From Phoronis australis (taxonomy: Eukaryota; Animalia; Phoronida), in the NCBI GenBank assembly GCA_002633005.1, contig NMRA01000078.1, positions 505,868 to 569,867 on the forward strand: 64,000 nt of DNA. The letters run 5' to 3'. The position numbers were made by a program, and so were the translations under genes. The notes beneath the pieces were generated by a model. That model had not been told where the DNA came from and searched no databases. It worked only from the letters and a program-made list of their open reading frames with translations. Below, piece by piece: positions 1 to 15,200 of the stretch. Positions within the stretch are counted from its first letter, which is position 1. Each line of letters begins with the position of its first letter.

Positions 1-212
1 TTGTGTGTAAATTGTACCCATGATTTATACGCGTCTGCAAAAATCACTGTGTGGACTAGATACATCCTACAAGCCCAAAATATTATGTCATAAATTCATT
101 TCGCAAGTTGCCATTGGCTTGTGTTGTTACTTTCCGCTGTATTTTACATTAATTTCAACAATCATTCAGTTTGTGTTCATTACCAGTAAGAGGCTGAATT
201 TTTTGATTCCAG

Positions 213-276
213 GGGGCATTGATAAAGATGACAAACCAAGGATATCCAACCTCCGTGCTGGTGGAATTGCTCAGAG
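213..276 (+). CDS. GRIP1: GRIP exon, PDZ1 ([22 protein letters not shown])
   Basis: ttccag acceptor, AG|gtaaag donor; phase 1 to 2. Confidence 0.9.
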
Positions 277-3200
277 GTAAAGTCAAAGACTTTTCTCTTA
301 TTGATCTTGACAGGGCTGTATATTTTTCATCTGTCTTGTACTGCAATGTTGCAAGGTATTGTTCCTATAGATCATTGTCAACATGAAAAACATGAAAAAT
401 GTCAAAAAATTTTCTACACATTAAAACCATAGTGTTAAAACTTGCAGGAAACTCGTAAACATTTTCATCAGATAAATAAATGTTTATATTTTGCTCATCA
501 GTCGCTGGTAAAAATTACTAAATGTTTTGTTTTTGTGTGAACAATGTCCTATAAAATTCATGCAATTGCTAAATGTGTGCTCTTTCTTGGGCGACACCCG
601 AATACCTACTGGTGCCTTATATGCTTTTAATGGTTAAATAATTTGATTTACAAGTATATTTTATAAATAAAAGTTTCCATTTGCTCAAAATAAACATTTT
701 CTGATAGAGCTGTTCCATATAACACGGCAATAGAACTCTCATTGTTCCGGAGGTAAGAAAGCATGTGGCCTCGTTTTGGAAAATGGGGACATTTACGGGT
801 GACTCATTGAGGTCAGGAACACGAAGAATTTCACATCAGGCAACCACAATATTTGTCCAATTTCTCAAACCTTTTCACGTCGGACTGCAGCTCGTAGCAC
901 AGCAGTAACACTTTGTTGGCATTGAAAGGACGAATAGAGTAATGCAACCGAGAAAAACTTGTTAAGAATCAGACTACAACAAATAGCATGTGAAACTCCA
1001 ATGGTACGAAAACCAGGCACCAAATGTGCTTTACGGATGTTTACAGCATTTTGGGTAAAAACTACGAGATTCCAGTGTTGCAGTGTAATCTGGGTCAGCT
1101 CTTTTGAATTGTTGAAGTGAAAAATGCAGGGGTGGGGGGTGTCAGTGAGCGAACCAGGCACCAGAGGTCTGCGATGGTGAAGTTTCTATCATAATGCAGG
1201 TTTATGCAGCACTGTAACTTACAAAATATTTTGGTAAATTTGTTCCAAACTGTTGAAAATGATTGGACAGTTAAATTCAACTGGAATTGATGAATTGCAA
1301 GTGCCTAGCTTTACCTGTCGACTGCTGATAACTGCCACCACTCTCTTAGTCAAATGAGGGTGGTTGCTATAACAACAGCCTCATTAGCATCTCATTAGCT
1401 TGAATTACGTTATCAGGTGATTGAATGTATGCATAAAATACTCACTGTCTCTTTTAAGCTTCATTTTTATAGTACTGTGGATTTTCTGTGTATTTTGCAT
1501 CACAAGATGGAGTATTTAATTTCCTTTTATTTGATAATGATTAAAAAGGATTGAAGAGACAATTTCGGACAAAATTTAGGAAATATTTGAATTTGCCAAA
1601 TCCTTGTTTTGACCATTTTTGATTAGTTTTGGATTGTTTGGAATTGAATCTAGATAAGGTTTCAAAAGTTTCCTCTAGATTTTTTCATTCTTGATAGCTT
1701 TTCAGACTTTTCTTTGGACAACGGTTAAATTTTCTGCTGTTATTGTTATTGCTGGGATGCAGGGCTTTGGGTATTTCTTTGTACCTTGGTTCGTTTTGAT
1801 GTACAATGTACGAGACGTTATCATGTTGAATTTGAATTTAGATGTCTTGTTTACCAAACTCATGTCCAAATACTTGAACATGGAATACAATGCCAATTTG
1901 CATTCAGTTTTGAGTTTTTGATTTTTGATTTCATTAATTGTAGTACTTAGTGAAGATATATTCCCACCTTAGTTTATAATTTTTACAGTTTGTTCATGAA
2001 ACCTGGATCAGATTAAAGGATATTTTGTCCACTGACCCGGATATAGCGACCCTCGTAGGAAATATAAAACACTACTCTTACATCATTCGTAGAAACAGAA
2101 TCAAAATATGCTGCTCAAAACAAAATACTTGTTGACATTTTCTCCTTTATGAGTCCTGCAGTTGTTTACCAATGCGAGTGGACCACTTGTACATTTAGCG
2201 CACACTTTTTACTCGAGCTTGTTGTCAGGTGTCTCAACTTCTCAAGTCATAGGTTTTTGGTGTTTGACATTGGTAATGATCCTTTACAAGGATACTAAAC
2301 CCAGTTTTGTGATTTTAACGAACCTTCCGATCTGCCACGTGCTAAAGCTAAAGCAGCATACAATTAAAAACTCATTCTCTCTGCGACACAGATTTGATAT
2401 TAGGGTTCTTGGTGGTTGGTCTTTCCTTACAGTTGTCGCATAACTCGACTATGAAGCGTAGGTCACACTTGCTTGCTTAATAGACTGAAAAGCAATTTAA
2501 TTTTAAATTTTGCTCCAAACCTTTGCAGGTTGTCAAGGGTTACTGAGCTTTATCTGGATGGGAACGTCATTTTTAATATAAGTTCATAGGTCAAAACAGG
2601 TTTGGTAATCGTTTTAAGTGTTCAATGCCTTGTCCGTCTCTTTCCAGGAGCGACTGTCTACAAGTGGGTGATTACATAGCTTCTGTGAACGGAATACGAA
2701 CGGTCAATTTGAGACACGAGGAGATTATTAACTTACTGAAGAATTGTGGGGATCGCATCGTGCTGGAAGTTATCTACCAACTTCCTGAGCCATGTAAGTA
2801 CAACTGGGTCTAATTGTCCCTTAAGGAATATAACTCTGACTGATCAGTGAGCCGGGGCTTCTTCAAAGCATTGTTGGTGACATTCTTGGTCATCAGTTAT
2901 CTTAATGAAATTTTGAAAGAGAAAATTTCTTTTGTGAGGCTTCTTAGAGGCTTCGTAGGGTAGTCCTGTATAAATAAAGTTCTAATATTTTAACAGCCAT
3001 TTTCACGTCTTTGCTGTTGTTATTAGCAGGTTATTAATTATCTTGACAGTTTAGTGATTGTGTTACCATTCATTTGTCAAGTGCATGATGTCATCTTGGT
3101 CTTATACACGTCATGCTAATCAATCAATATCATGATCCCTGAATATTCATAAATTGCTTGTATCATGCACTGTCAGAGTGTTTAAATAGCTTCGTCAGGG

Positions 3201-6200
3201 CCCTGAGGCGCCTGTCTGCGGGGGTGATTTTTTGTCATAAGGGGAGGACCTGGTGCATATTCCAGGACCGACTTGATACTTGGGAAAAATGGTTCCCCAA
3301 AATTATTCCAAATAATAAGAAAATTCACTTCTTATCAAGACATCTTTCATTTAATGTCCTGTGGAATTGCAAAATTTTTCCAAACCCTCCACTGCAATGG
3401 GTGTACTTAATAAGTTAATACCTAAAGATACAGAAGTGTAAAAGATAGTATCCCTGACTCATCTGTATAGTGGTCCAGGAATATAGTGTGACTGCTATTA
3501 TAATAACGGGATCGAGGATCTGAGCTAACTCTGTGTAACAACAAGACATATGTCTTCTATTGATACTAATGCGGCACAACAAGCAAGGTGAAAATAAACT
3601 TGGCCATGTTTTTGTCTTGAATACATGCCGAGGTTTTTGTTTGATTGGAGCAACTTGTAGCCGCTGATTTTACACCATTGGTCCGTGGACCAAGTGGCAT
3701 TCATTGATTTCTTGTTGTATAATTATTTGATTATGTTAAACATTGGTGACATAACCTTGCAAGTCCTGTGTGTGGCTTGAACTGATCGTGGCAGCATTTC
3801 AATACTATTGGGCACCGTTATATTAATTTCTTTATGACCCGATACTGGTACTTGGTACCAAATCAATGTGATCCCAATTTTAGGGAATTTTTGAATGTAG
3901 GAATGCTCCCACTGTCTTTCAAAATATACTCTCAGTGGTTAAATGGATAAATTACATATAAATAAACACTAAACAGTGCTCTGTGAACGTGGGATATAGT
4001 AAGTCTGTGGGTGCCCCACCATCCACTCAAAGGAATCCAACACTCAAGCGTCATCCAAAGCTGAAAAAAGTTAGTTCTAGCATTACTTCACCGCCAAGAG
4101 TCACATTGCACCACAAACTTTCCCCGAATTCCAAGACAGAACATTAGAACATCTCTGTGACATACTCGTCCAACCATCTGAAGTCCAAAAAACTACGAGA
4201 AAACAAATTCGATGAATATAAAAACAACGGTACCAATCTCATAACCAATAAAGTGATTAGGATAATAGCAAGAGAGCTTACAGTTCCTCTGACAACTTTA
4301 TACAACAAAATACTACAATCTGGAAAATTTTGTTTGGACTGGAAACTTGGTGTTATGATACCAATACACAAAAAGAACTTCAAAACAGACATTGCCAACT
4401 ATCACCCCATAACTACTTAACACCTTAATCCAAAATTTTAGAAAAAATTATTTCTCAACACCTTTGACCACCTCTCTTTACAGAACCTCATATATTGTCG
4501 CCAAATTGGATTCAGGTCTGGTAACAGCACTGTGTCCTAACTTACAGGAATTGTACATGAAATCCAACTCCAGTTTGAGCAAGGTTACAACGTGAGATCC
4601 GTATTCTTAGACATTGTGTCAGCTTTTGATGTCGTTCCCTATGATCTGCTTCTACATAAATTACAATGCTACGGTTTCTCAGACACTCTCCTCTTACTTT
4701 TAAAATATCTGTAATGTTGAACTTACATAGTCGGAATTGAGGGTGTTTTATCACCCTCATCAACACCAGGTTTCATAAATGCTGGAGTAATACTGTACAT
4801 CAATGATCTTCCTGACACAATAAACTCTAAAACATTCTTATATGCTGATGACACTGCAATTTTCTAGCCATTCTTAAAAGAGCATACCCATGACTTTTTA
4901 CAAATTGCAAACTGACCTAAACAAACTCTATGACTGGTCTGGCAAATGGAATATGAAATTTAAACCTGAAAAAAGTTTTGATCTTATATTTTCTATTAGT
5001 CTAATACTCATTTCCCAACAAATCCAATGCTAGAATTATCACTCAATGGGGAAGTTATTCCCAATAAGTTCACACACAAACACCTTGGCTTTCTACTAGA
5101 CCATAAGCTTACACTCCTCACCGTCATGAACTCGTTAATAAAGTACAAAAATTAATCAGTCCAATTAGAATTGTCTCTCGTCATCTCAACTCCATGCATC
5201 TTAAAACTCTGTTCAAGTCTTGTGTACTTCCAGATCTAGATTACTGTGACATAATCTACCAATCGGTAAACGCTGGCATACTTCTTCAATTAGAAAGACT
5301 ACAACACCAAGCAGCTTTAGCCATAACAGGAGCATACAAAGGATCCAACAAAATCAAGGTTCTAAATAGCAAACTAGCAACCCATCGTAAACTCCACCTG
5401 TCCATGTATACATTCAAAGCCTTAACCAAAATAAACAATTATTCAAACAAAATCCTCTTTGACTCCTAAAAAAGACTTAACACAAGATTTGGACTGCGGC
5501 AAGGTATACACTATTCCATCTTCCCTCAGTCAAGCCTTCAGGAGATCTACGATATTAACTTGCATTGACAACTGGAATTCCTTACCATCCAAAATAAAAG
5601 AAAGCACTTCAATCGTCACTCTCAAATATAACTTTAAACTGCGTACCACTACTCAAGACTTGCCTGTCACATTGACATCATTCCAACTTCCTCGCAACAG
5701 TGAAATACAGATCAAGATGTGACCTATTCCTAAACAACGACAAATTTAGACATAATTTTAATAATATTTCACCTCTGTGTTCCTGTGGAGACACTCAAGA
5801 CAGATGCTCGTGTTTTCTTTGCTTGTGAGGTATTCAGAGAGCAGAGGGTACAGCTTTTTTAGACCCTCGAACAATACCCCCAATGTTTAGAAAAAATATT
5901 CTGATATTCTGCAAATGTACACCAAATTTTTTTTTTCTAATGTCAAGAACTCAACCCAAATGAAAATAATGTTTTGTTCGAAGTAGTGTCGAAATTTCAT
6001 TATAATATTAAATCTCTTTGTGTGATTGGATAGAATCGTATACACGTATATGAAAATGATCTGTTTACATTGAATTCGTAATCATATGTCATTGTAATCT
6101 TAACATCAGTTTTTTAATTTACGCAGTATGTATTTGTGTATAGTAATTGAAAAAGATTTCTTTGTACTTATTTAACCCAGATATAATGTCTCTTGGTGCT

Positions 6201-9200
6201 TTCTGGACTATGTATATTCATTGTATTGAAGATTTCGTAATGAACATTATTTAAAAAAATAAAAGTCTAGGGGGCCCTATTTCTCTTTTCCCAGTTTTCA
6301 CCAGACTGGAGGCTATTAGGGACCCCGACTAGTATTTTGTGTAAGGACCTAGTAAGTTGTAGTTCATTTATTATGTTAATTTAATTTTGCTGCCACTTAA
6401 CACCTTCAGTGAGTCAACAGCCGTACACAGTGGACTGTAAGAAAGTGTACATCCATCTTGAGAAGGATGAACATAGCTTTGGCTTCACGCTGCGTGGCGG
6501 CACGTGCTCTGACAGAATCAAATCTCGACCAATCACAGTCACTCAGGTGCGAGCTGGAAGTTCTGCAGACAGGTAAGTTGATATGCTGTCTAAATTTGAT
6601 GTTTAGAGCAATTCTTATTATGCACAATATGTCAAAAACATTCATTTTTTATTTTTCAAAGACTGATTACCTTGATGTTAATATTTGAAACTTTTGCCAA
6701 ATGTTGTTTTGTAGCACATATAAACTGTAATTTTAACCTATTTCACACAAAAATTATTGCCAAAATTTGTACACTTTTCAAAGTTAAAATTGATTCAATT
6801 AATGACCTCTACGTGTTTATACAAACCAAACAACTGTAGACTATTAGATTATTTTTAATATTTTTGTTGCAAAATTTGGTAAAATAAAATTTCAGTTGTC
6901 CACCATATGTGCTCAATGGCTGAAAAGTTGATGGCCAATTGCTTCTAAATGGACACAATAGTTTTGGGCTGAAAATTACATTTTTGGGATAATTTTGTTG
7001 TTGGGTAAAATAGACTTCGTAAAACTGTTACCTTTGACTAGAGCTATGTGTTTTGTGATTTTATTAGAAACCACTTATTGTTGACATTGGACTCTAGTCG
7101 TTCAATAGAATTAACTGAAACCGAGGCCGGTGACCTTATTAATGTTTAAAATGTGACTTGTAATTTAAATATCCAGCTAATGGTATGTGCTTCACTGGAT
7201 TTTAACTCTTCTAGCAAAGTGTTGGACTGTAACCGGTATAGTCATGGGTTTTATAATCATAATTTCCACCGTAATGATACTGGCATATTGATGTTACTTT
7301 TCAGATGAGAGTATGAAGCCGAGATCTGAGTTCATTCCAGTTGTTACTGTTTTATTGTTTTATGGTGCTTTTTGTTTTTACTACTTTGCTGTTCTGTTCT
7401 GTGCAAATCTCATAGTTTATGAAAAGTTATGCGAGGGTTTATTTTTTGTTTTAACCTTACAAATCATTGCTGGCACTGAGTAGTTTTACCATTTTGAAAT
7501 TTTCCAAACCTTTCATTACGTTCTTTTTAGGGGCAATTCACCGCTATTTAGTTGTCAAAATTGAATTCTCAACCAAAGTGATTTGGAGTTACATTACAAT
7601 ACATACTACATTCATCTGATCTTGAATCGTTATCCTTTGTGCAGGCAACTTAAATCGCAGGTGCCATGTTCAAATTTGCAATATCGAGGTTGGCTGATAC
7701 CAATTAACTCTTTAAAATGTTTTCTTGAGTTGTTGATAGTTTTCAGTGTTGTTGCTGGTAACAGAAATGACAGTAAAAATATGAAAGCGATTTTAGGAAC
7801 ATCAAAATACTAATTTCTTTTTTTATTTTATCCAGCTAAACAGGGTGAAATGCAGTTTCAAACATATTTATGATTGTGTTCCTTTAATTCAACTGGAATT
7901 TGCTCACTTGAGTTAGTGACATTGCATTCTCTCATGGACTTCAGCTTGGTTAGTGGCGTTACTGTCATTCTGGCCAATAGCTGGTGCTTTAGCTAGACAA
8001 TGCGGCACCGAGGTCAGGACACACACATACGTGACAGTTGGAACTTTAATGCACCCTGTTTATTCTGAGAGAGATGCTTGATGCGCTCTTGTAGTGCTTC
8101 ATTGAAACCTCTTTTGAAGCAATCTTCCTCACAGTCTGAGATAGTGACATCATCAGTATCAAAGTCATGTCCAGTGGAACATAAGTGGCTAAAAATAGCC
8201 AACTAGGCGACAATGTTGTGACATACGCATTTTTAAAATTGCTTTGTTTCATCTGCATAGTTGTATGCACACTGAGGGGGGTCCTTGCACTGAACTCCAT
8301 AGACTACGTATAATTTATTATACTTAGGAGCCTTGTCCTTGACATTAACCTGTTTATTCCAGTATTCCAGTATTTGGCTTATGTTTTGTAGTTTTTTTAA
8401 TATTATTTTGTTACCTCAACTGGATGTCTCAAACTTTTATACTTTAAGTCTTGTATTCCTTTGCTACCAGAGAAGGTCGTCTGAAGCCTGGTGACCGGCT
8501 ATTAGCCATCAATGATGTGAGTGTGGCCACCGCTACCCTTATGGATGCGCTGACTGTACTGTACCAGTGTGAACAGGAAGTGTCCCTCTACATAGAGTAC
8601 GATGTCTCCGTAATGGGTGAGCGATCATAGTTTTGTACTCTGTGACAGCAGTCATCCTATGTTTAAAGGTTAAACATTTCGTAAATTATGATATGAGAAG
8701 TCACGTACATGATAGACAAACCTGCGCAGATTTACTCGAAAGCTCTGTAGTAATGCATTCTATAAACAAACAAATTGAATGTAGAAGATTCGCGGGCCAT
8801 CTGACATCTTGAACAGACAATTTCAATTTAGTTATGTATGGCTATGACAGATGCATCAACAGTCGCTAGGTTGTGGCTATTTCCCTTTTTGAGTTACTCG
8901 AAGACCCTTTGATAGCCAAAAAGGGACTCTTGCATTCATCAACACGGCATGTATCTTTAGCTTAGTTTGTGTTTGATGGCAGTGATGTATTATATATTAG
9001 TGTACTGAGGTGACGACAAAAGTGGGGTGTTTGATCCCACTGCTTACTTGTTTATATAGCACAGGAAAGTGTGGGTTTATACCAAGAACTCAAAAAATAC
9101 TATTTTGGGTAACATGATATTCCTATAAAATAGTAAAACTACACACTGTCTGTAGCACACCCTTGAGAAAGAGCACATCGCTCAATACGTGGGGATATTT

Positions 9201-12200
9201 TAATATATTTTAGTACTGACGCTCGTCATTTTAGTTTTACTAGTTTTACTATTTAATATTTTATTCGTCGGTAACTGCACGGCATTGCAACATCTATTTG
9301 ATTATGATATTCCTAGTGTCAAGTGACATACTAAACATTCAGAGCTGTTTTGAGGAAATAAGCTGCTGAAAGACTGGCATACATGCGAAAGATAATACTT
9401 ACTGCTTTGCATTTTGAACAAAAGCATACAGTTGCAAGAGTTAATTTTGTCATAAGTTCGTTTTTCTGTGAGGATACATTATCCCTTGGTAGTGGTATTC
9501 AACTGCATTTACTTGACTGTTGTTTGCACTTAATGCGTCTGCACTGGTTCAAGTGTGAAACAAATGAAATCGTTGTCGACATCTGCGGCCACTGCAGTAT
9601 TTAAATTCCATGCTAACTTACCACTTTATTGTGGAATTGCATTCTGTGCAAACCGTTGTATGACGTGGGCTTTGTTAACACTAGGATGTAGATATTGTTG
9701 ACTGTTTTGTTTCAGAGGCTGTGCAGCATGCGTCAGGCCCCCTTTTGGTGGAGATAGACAACACTCCTGGAAGTAGCCTTGGTATACAACTGTCTAATAG
9801 TGTTAAGAATGATGAGAGGGTTATATGTATCGACAGTGTTACTGACGCTAGTATCGCTGACAGGTATGTCTGACTCCATCTGAACAAAGACGATTTTGAA
9901 CAAGTAAGATAGAAACCACTTTGAACAAACAACAGAGACCAAAAATAAGAAGTGTTACCTATTGGCAGCCTGATATGTATGTGAACCTAGCTTTCGAGCC
10001 TACCCTCTACCCTTTGTCTGGGTACTTGCGGGGATTTCTGTGTCCCAATGCCACCTGAGATTGACGCTTGGTGGCTGTCAAACACCACCTGGTGGCTGTC
10101 AACCACAAAGCACTGCCCACAGGTGTCTAAGTTGCTCTAAAATCCCTGCCAGTACCCTGATGATGGGCCCAGGACTGGACTTGAAGGCTAGTTTCTCAAA
10201 AATAGCCATGCCGTCGATTGGTAACAAATAAAAATCCTTATTTCTATACTTTGTCTAGTATGTAACAATGCCAGCTGTGAACATTCATTTCACTAACATA
10301 GAGACCATTTTGAACAATTTAAATAGAGGCCATTTTGGACACATAATTATTACTTAAAATGCTAGAATTTAATTCTATTTGATAAGTTTCTGAATACCGT
10401 GAAGCAGGGGCCTTGTATATGTTTTTTTTCTACTATGGGCCATAAAAGGAAGTGAGCCTCTAAGTATAATGACATAATGTTTTTCTAGGAAATGTCATTT
10501 TATGCTGTAATAAGCAGTTATAACTTTTGTCACTTGCTTCATCAGTATATGGGCCGCTGGTCATGTTAAGAACCAAGCAACATTTGCAAAGGTGAGAATT
10601 AAATACAAGCAGCAGTGTGCAAGATGGAGATTGGATCCTGAAGCCTAGAAGTGATAGTGAACACTGTCTGCTCAATTTTCATTGGATAGAGGCTTCCACT
10701 TCAATGGGAAAAGGATTAGAAAACACTTTGATTTTTGCCTCAAAGATCTGGATAGCGACATTGTTTTTCGCAATCAATTTTTTTGTGTTATTTGTGAAAA
10801 ATATTAGCTTAAGCTGTATGACTGCCTTTATTAAAACTATGCCAGTTGTCACAAGCTGCTCGTGGCCCTCGGGTCATAGTATAAAAACTTTTAGAGAGAA
10901 GTCACACTCCTTGACGGAAGTGATAAGTGTACCCCCTCTAGGAATACCGTTCTTGAGGCTGATGCTAGTTCATTTACTGTGTGCCTGTTATTTGTGACTG
11001 ACCAAGTGTGAACGTTGTGGGGGGATCATGGTTGCATTACGTTGAGCAAGTTTCTTGTGTGGAAGGTGAGACCACACAAGTCTTCTCAAGATAATACAAT
11101 GCATAACAAACAAAGCATGCGATCATGTTAACTTTACTCGCAAGTGTGTTGTGTCTGAGGAACCTGCCTTCGTTAGTGTCTCATACTTTGACTGAGCGCA
11201 GTCCATTAACTGACTTGTGTATGTTTTCCTAACTTATCAGGTGTGGGGCCATCCATGTGGGGGATCAGCTGGTGTCTATCAATGGAACCTCCCTGGAGTA
11301 CATGTCTGTGGCTGAGGCCAGCCAACTACTCAAGACGTGTCCACACGAACAGATTCAGTTAGAGATAATTCCCCATGTGGAGACGAATGAGCACACTGGA
11401 TTAAGTGCAGGGGCAGGGTAAACAAAGTTCCTTCTTAAAATTATAAAAGTTTGAATTACACAAATTGCAATTTGAGTCTCTGTCTCACCATTTGATATTG
11501 AATTGCAGAATTGTTGTATGAAGTGAATGAACACACTAAAGTTAGTCACATTTTAAAGTTGCATCATTTTGTTGTGTGGAGTTCAAAGTGTGTGTGCTGT
11601 ATGTACGTCCAGCTAATGCCCAGGGCATTTTGAGGGATTTTGAAAGTTTTGTTATTTTTTCTTTATTCTTTATTTGGCAATCCTATTTGATGTAGAATGA
11701 ACAGGTCCTCACTTTGGTGTGCAAAACAATAATTCTATCACCATTCACTCCACACTTTAACATGCTCTTATTATTTCCAGTGCTGGTGAATATGCTGTAC
11801 TGTATCCAGGTTACCATGGTGACAAGTATTTGCAGCCATCCTTGTCCTCGTCCCTGTCCCCTACTTTACCCAGGGGCACAGTAGCCAGGGGCACCATGCC
11901 CTCAAGACTGAAAGAATACTCAGCTGGTAGGAATGGTGAGCTGTCATGCCGTGCTCTAACTCTGGCACACATTGGTTGGGTTGTGAACAATGCAGACTGG
12001 AACGCAAACATGTTTTTTATGACTAATTCCTTGGTCACATATCTGGTGATGTCACCGCGTACTGAATTCTGTACTAATGCCGAGCAAGATTTTTTATGCG
12101 GGAATAGGTGATATTTGATGGCAACACGTACTCTGTCGGTAATCTACCAATTATCACCCAGCTGTCGGCCGATATGACCGTTGCTGTGCCGCAGACCCAT

Positions 12201-15200
12201 CACATCGGTATTGGAACCTTTATGTAGCCTAGGAATGACTTCTTTTGTTTGTGGTCTGAGTACCAGAGATAACTGTGCATTGCGTGCACTCTGCACTGTG
12301 CAGCCACCCAAAAGGTTGGCTTGGCCTTAAGCATACCATGGCCCAATTAGGGTTGTGCTCAATGAACAACAGATGGCGCCATGTCACTGTGATGGAGGTC
12401 TTTGAATGTGTATGTAGCTTAGGTTGATACAGTGTATATTAAGCATTTAGGTACTTGGAATCAGTATCGCTATTTGTATTAATTTTAAAGACTGTGCTTA
12501 TAATAAACATGTTGTTGTTTTTTGCAGTTTAAATTTTCCTTAAGTAAAAAGAGGAATTTTCATAAATTTGAGGTGATACAAGTCATTCTATTGAGCTGTG
12601 ATATGAATACTTATGATCAAGTGTTTATGCATTCGATCACCAGGTGGCAACCTCCGAACAAACGACACTCACATGGTTCCTGCTGGAGGCCTAGGATCCA
12701 CTAACACACTGCCTCGTTATGGTGGCACACTGTCCAGGACACTGCTGCGGAATCGTCGGCCCTCCAACAGTAAGTGACAAGATATTTCATTGGCTACAGA
12801 GTTGTTAGTTGGTAAACCAACCCTTAAATAGGGTTGGAAGTCCACACAGTGAAAGTGTAGAATCATGTGCCAGACACACATTTATGATAAAATATAAAGC
12901 AGCAATATAACCGAATGGGAATCAAGCCCTTCCAAAGAACTTCTTCACTTAAAGATTCGAATTTTTACTTGTTGCTTGTCACTCCGCCACTTGCATTTTT
13001 TAAACCAGTGCTGAACTCATAAACTAAAGCATTCGGGTCACTAAATGATGTCATTAGGTCAAAAACTAAGGATAGAAGATGGCAGACGATTTGATTTGTT
13101 GTTTTCAAATTCAAAGGAAGGTAAAAAGAGGCAAAATATAACTGATAAGAACTTTTGCGGTTTTCTAAATACGTCAAGGGAATTTAATTTGGTTAATATT
13201 AACACACCGAACTAGAATTTTTTCCTCTCATTCTTTTGGTATATATCCATTTTACCATGTGGTGAGAAGCCTTCAGGTTTGTTTAAGGGCTGAGTATTGG
13301 CCAAGTTGTTGTATACTTCCTGTGCTAGTCTTGAGATTTTGTTAATCATAATCTTCATCATCATGGATACTTTCTGGTCTGTCCATACTTCTGAGTCCTG
13401 ACCCTTAATTCTTAATAAGGCAAAGTGCACTTCGTTATTGAATCTTCAGGTATTTTAAGCCCCTCTCCAATTAAATTGCTCCTCCTCACTGAAAGTTTAT
13501 TCTCATATTGTACAGGCTCCCTCGCCTCTGCTGTCACAACTTGCCACCAGATGGCAGGTCAACCTGAGAGAACATCTGTTGTTCTCTTTTCTAACTTCAA
13601 AGGGTTTGGCTTCACTGTGCAGACAGCGCCATTTTGCTCGGACTTCCCCATCATCAGCCAGGTGGAGCCAGGGGGCAGTGCAGACAGGTATGGCTTACCC
13701 ATTGGTGCATGTAACCCACAATGCAGTATCCCTTATCTCTTTGAAAAAAGTATTAGCCAAAAATTTTGCACCGACTATTGTTCAGTGAAAGCAAAAGTAT
13801 TGCAGAACAAACGCTGCATAAAATTCTGAATTATGCTTTAAAATGACAAAGTGCACCTTTAGCTGTGAAATGTTCCTCAGATATTATATAATAATGTCAT
13901 TTATTGTTCAACAAATTTTTGGAATAGGGCTACACAGCTACATTTGAATCTCACTGTATTTACCCACAATACCACTCTACCGTCAACATCCTACAGGCAT
14001 ACTTTCTGCCTCATTTTCATGCTGGAGTTTCACATGTTATTTGTTGTAATTGTCTGTTTCTTTACGGGGTTAGTATTTCTCAGTTGCGTTACTCTATTCA
14101 TCCTACGAATATACTGCTGTGCTGTGGGCTGTAACTCCGAGGTGAAAAAGTTAATAAACTGGACAAATACCCGTGGATGCTTGATCTGAAATTCTTTGAG
14201 AGTCACAAAAATGTAATTGATTTCCGAAACAAGGTCATTTACTTTTTAATCTCCAGGAAAAAGGAGAATTCTATTGCCGTGTAATCCAGGACTGCCCCGT
14301 TATAAAGATGTGCCAAGCCAAAATGGTGCCAGTCTGTTTGTCAGCTTCTCTGTCATTTTCTTAATGTCAGTGTCTGACATGATATATTATTCTTGTCCGT
14401 CTGAGAGCAAAGATTGCTATTGTTCTCTCCCAAGAAAAAATGGCATGACTTTGTTTCTGGACTTTTTAGAATTGTTCTATATGTTCTGTAAAATTGTAGT
14501 GACTGGTATATCAGGTCGAAAATAACAAGTTAAAAAAAGAATGAAGAGGTAATTTATCCAATCTTAACACCTGAGAGCTCCACTTCAACCACGGAATAGA
14601 TTACTGTTGACAGTAGTAAATGAGAAGTGTTAATTTGCCTTATTTCCCATCTCAATTTTTTATGAGGATCCCAAAATTAATTCAAAACATTTTACATCAT
14701 TGGTACCTCGATGTAGAGCCCAAGATGGGTTCGAAAGCGAGGCTCTCGAGAAGTACTAGGCCGTTGAAAGTTAATGATAATTATTTCAATGCAGTGTACA
14801 GGCACCAGCTATGAACATTCATTCCACGATTCTATACCACCATCGTGTGAAGCGGAATTTCCGGAGGAATGGTGCTCACTTTATCTTTAAATTGTAAATA
14901 ATGTTTACTGAAATATTTCCAGGAGTGGTGTAATTCAAGAAGGTGATCGTCTGATATCCATTAATGGTTGCAACATTGAAGGCAAGTGTGTGGCTGACAT
15001 TCACCACATGTTGACGGTGTCTGGGATCAAGGTCATCCTTGAGATAGAGTTTGATGTTGCTGGTAAGAGCGCCATCTTTGGGTTGAAAATATATGAGGCC
15101 AGTTTTGCTTCAGAATGGATCCCTTGTTGAGTGTAAATTTTTTCGGGATTTGTTTGATCCTTTTTTTGTGAAATAAGTAAGGCCAAATTTGACCAATGGT

